From Microcoleus sp. (GTDB taxonomy: Bacteria > Cyanobacteriota > Cyanobacteriia > Cyanobacteriales > Microcoleaceae): a stretch of DNA of 64,000 bases. Location of the stretch: positions 1,472,001-1,536,000 of the forward strand of contig CP181291.1 in the NCBI GenBank assembly GCA_052279835.1. Reading direction: 5' to 3'. A model generated the notes under the pieces. That model was not told the origin of the DNA, ran no database searches, and saw only the letters and a list, made by a program, of their open reading frames with translations. The position numbers were made by a program, and so were the translations under genes. Below, one piece after another: positions 61,438 through 64,000 of this stretch (positions are counted from its first letter, which is position 1; each line of letters begins with the position of its first letter).

Positions 61438-64000
61438 ATGTTAGAAACTGAGGGCGATCGGGCTGCACAGCGCATTGAATGGGCGCGGCAAAAGGGAGCA
61501 AAAACACTCGATCTTAGGAACATAAAACTGAGGAAACTACCAGAGGCGATCGCCTCCCTCACCCAGTTGCGAATGCTTTACCTCGAAAACAACCAACTGA
61601 CGGAACTCCCAGATGTGATCGCATCCCTCACCGAGTTGCAATTGCTTAACCTCCACAACAACCAACTGACCAAATTCCCAGAGGAGATCGCCTCTCTTAC
61701 CCAGTTGCGACTGCTTAAACTCTCCAACAATCAACTAACGGAACTACCAGAGAAGATCGCATCCCTCACCCAGTTGCAATGGCTTTACCTTGAAAACAAC
61801 CAACTAAGGGAACTGCCACAGGAGATCGCCTCGCTAACTAAGTTACAACCGCTTAACCTCGACAACAACCCGCTGAATCCTGATCTCGCTGCCGCCTATC
61901 AGCAAGGCACTGAAGCCCTCTTCCAATACCTGCGGGCAAAAGCCGAAGCACAAATCATCCTAAATGAAGCCAAACTAATTTTGATCGGTGAAGGCGAAGT
62001 GGGCAAGAGTTGTCTCCTAGGAGCATTGCGAGAAGATGAATGGTTAGAAAACCGTCTCACCACTCACGGCATTGAAATTAAGCCAGTTATTGTCACCCAT
62101 TCCGACAGCGGCACAGAAATATCCCTCAATGGTTGGGATTTTGGCGGTCAACCCGTTTATCGATCGACCCATCAATTATTTTTCAGTGCACCAGCCGTAT
62201 ATCTCGTGGTGTGGAAGCCACGGGAAGGCCCCCAGCAAGGCTTTGTCAAAGAGTGGATTACCCTGATCAAGCATCGGGAACCAGATGCCAAGGTGCTCGT
62301 AGTCGCCACCCACGGCGGCCCCGGACAGCGACAACCGGACATTGACAGACAGGACATTCACGATCGATTCGGCTGCGATAGAGTGCTTGGCTTCTTCCAC
62401 ATAGACAGCAAACCTGACCCTCAGAACTCTTGCACCGGCGTGGCAGAATTAAAAAGTGCGATCGCGAATGTCGCCGCCTCTCTTCCCGAAATGGGACGTT
62501 CCGTTCCCGCCAAATGGCAGCGAGTGCGGGAAACTTTCCAGACAAACGACAAAGCCTATCTGCCCTACGATGAAGTTATTGCCATCTGCGATCGGCACGG
62601 AATCGATAAGGAACAAGCAGAACTTTTCCTTCGCATTTCCCATACTTTGGGACATATAATCCATTACCATTACGATCCAATACTGCGAGATATTGTTATC
62701 CTCAAACCTGACTGGTTAGCCAAGGCAATTAGTTTCGCACTCGACGATGAATTGACCCGCCGCCGCAACGGTTTAGTAGACTTTGACCATCTCAGTGAAT
62801 TATGGAGCAATCCCCCGTTTCCAGGCGAAGCGGGCTACCCAAAAGCACTACATCCCATCTTTCTGAAGCTGATGGAAAAGTTCGATTTGTCCTACCGCGT
62901 GGTGCTTGACCCAACTAAACCCAGCAATACCAGCTTGATTGCTCAACTCGTACCCGATACGCGCCCGGAATTGCCCAATTGGGGACAGCAACCGGAAGCC
63001 GGAGACAGACAACAAGTACAAATCTGCCGCATTGTGGACGATCGAGGACAAGCTGTACGAAAAGAAGATTTGTTGTACAAGTTGATTGTGCGCTTACATA
63101 AATACTCCCTGGGGCGATGCAATTACGAAAAAAGTATCCATTGGCAACGGGGTTTGATGCTTGATGACGACTACAACGGTCGGGCATTGCTGGAATATAT
63201 TGATACTGATGTCAAAATCACCGTGCGGGCTGCTTATCCCGGAACGTTCTTATCTTCTCTCACGGCAGAGATTAAATGGCTAGTCGAGAATTTCTGGGAA
63301 GGATTGCTATGTAATGTGATGGTTCCTTGTATTGCGCCTTGTGGTAAAAATCTGCCTGGAAACGCGCTATTTGAGGTAGAGAAACTCATTGAAAGCAAAA
63401 AGAAGAATCGTCATGATTATCCATGTCCGATTTCCGGCTGTGGTGAATGGCAAAACATCGATCGCCTGCTGAATAACGCACCGACTGCTCAACCCCCATC
63501 CCAAGAAATCGGCATTCAGCAATTCCGCAATATTGTCAAAGACGAGCTAAAAATCATCCGCGAAGATTTAGTAACTTTCGATAGTCGAAATCAAGAACGA
63601 TATCAGTCATTGTCTCAGGAACAGCGGATCATTCTCAGCAAAATCGATGAAGAATTTGCATCTCTAATGCAAATGCTCACCGATGAAGCGAAAGATGGCC
63701 CGCGCCTGTTCAGTTTCAAGCCGATCGATCCAAAGTTTTGCGATCGCCCAAAATGGCTCAGTACAAAATTGCAAATAACCCTCTGGTGCGAACACTCTCG
63801 TTTACCCCTTCCAGCCTTAAATCCTCACGACAAACAGAAGGGAGTTTATGAATTGGAAGTATCGCGCGCATGGTTTACCAAAGCAGCCCCCTACCTCAAA
63901 ATTTTGACCGGAACCCTGAGTTTAGTTTTGCCTGTTGCAGCTTCAGCAACCAAGCTAATGCTAGATGACGCTACCTATAAAGGCATTGAAGAACAACTAG
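61438..64000 (+). CDS. LRR-Roc-COR (Roco) protein, 3'-truncated by window edge
   Basis: Read by hand from ATG 61438: 5-6 23-aa LRRs (LPEAIASLTQL..LENNQL), P-loop GEGEVGKS, WDFGGQ, COR ILKPDWL; frame spot-checked in register to the window end. Confidence 0.92.
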   Translation, partial: MLETEGDRAAQRIEWARQKGAKTLDLRNIKLRKLPEAIASLTQLRMLYLENNQLTELPDVIASLTELQLLNLHNNQLTKFPEEIASLTQLRLLKLSNNQLTELPEKIASLTQLQWLYLENNQLRELPQEIASLTKLQPLNLDNNPLNPDLAAAYQQGTEALFQYLRAKAEAQIILNEAKLILIGEGEVGKSCLLGALREDEWLENRLTTHGIEIKPVIVTHSDSGTEISLNGWDFGGQPVYRSTHQLFFSAPAVYLVVWKPREGPQQGFVKEWITLIKHREPDAKVLVVATHGGPGQRQPDIDRQDIHDRFGCDRVLGFFHIDSKPDPQNSCTGVAELKSAIANVAASLPEMGRSVPAKWQRVRETFQTNDKAYLPYDEVIAICDRHGIDKEQAELFLRISHTLGHIIHYHYDPILRDIVILKPDWLAKAISFALDDELTRRRNGLVDFDHLSELWSNPPFPGEAGYPKALHPIFLKLMEKFDLSYRVVLDPTKPSNTSLIAQLVPDTRPELPNWGQQPEAGDRQQVQICRIVDDRGQAVRKEDLLYKLIVRLHKYSLGRCNYEKSIHWQRGLMLDDDYNGRALLEYIDTDVKITVRAAYPGTFLSSLTAEIKWLVENFWEGLLCNVMVPCIAPCGKNLPGNALFEVEKLIESKKKNRHDYPCPISGCGEWQNIDRLLNNAPTAQPPSQEIGIQQFRNIVKDELKIIREDLVTFDSRNQERYQSLSQEQRIILSKIDEEFASLMQMLTDEAKDGPRLFSFKPIDPKFCDRPKWLSTKLQITLWCEHSRLPLPALNPHDKQKGVYELEVSRAWFTKAAPYLKILTGTLSLVLPVAASATKLMLDDATYKGIEEQL

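Noticed and set aside
61537..63187. Short ORFs listed in the track
   Set aside because: Shadows of the long Roco frame

Overview
Chromosomal window from a cyanobacterium. HIP1 (GCGATCGC) is dense and heptamer STRR tracts are present, which fits a filamentous Oscillatoriales/Microcoleus-like genome (inference). The backbone is housekeeping genes: Na+/H+ antiporter, sbtAB, three MscS, prolyl oligopeptidase, recR, SUI1, three AIM24 plus an M48 peptidase, trpB, RNase D, glyS, murD, groEL with CIRCE, corA, rnpB, rnc, two histidine kinases, an FeS-type photolyase, psb28 and moaB. Small mobile repeats are scattered throughout. The accessory highlights are: (1) an integron-type gene cassette (GNAT plus a textbook 85-bp attC, no integrase in view) inserted in a short palindromic target whose empty form rebuilds complementary R boxes; (2) an orphan type III-like CRISPR array (14 repeats, 13 spacers) beside an antitoxin-toxin-antitoxin triplet; (3) a C/G-run palindromic repeat inserted in-frame into glyS and tandemly amplified in an oxidoreductase; (4) two IS200/IS605-like right-end (omega-RNA-like) relics; (5) several MITEs with clean target duplications; (6) a papain-fold toxin and putative immunity pair next to an LRR-Roc-COR gene that runs off the window. 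All family calls come from motif recognition by eye; no searches were run.
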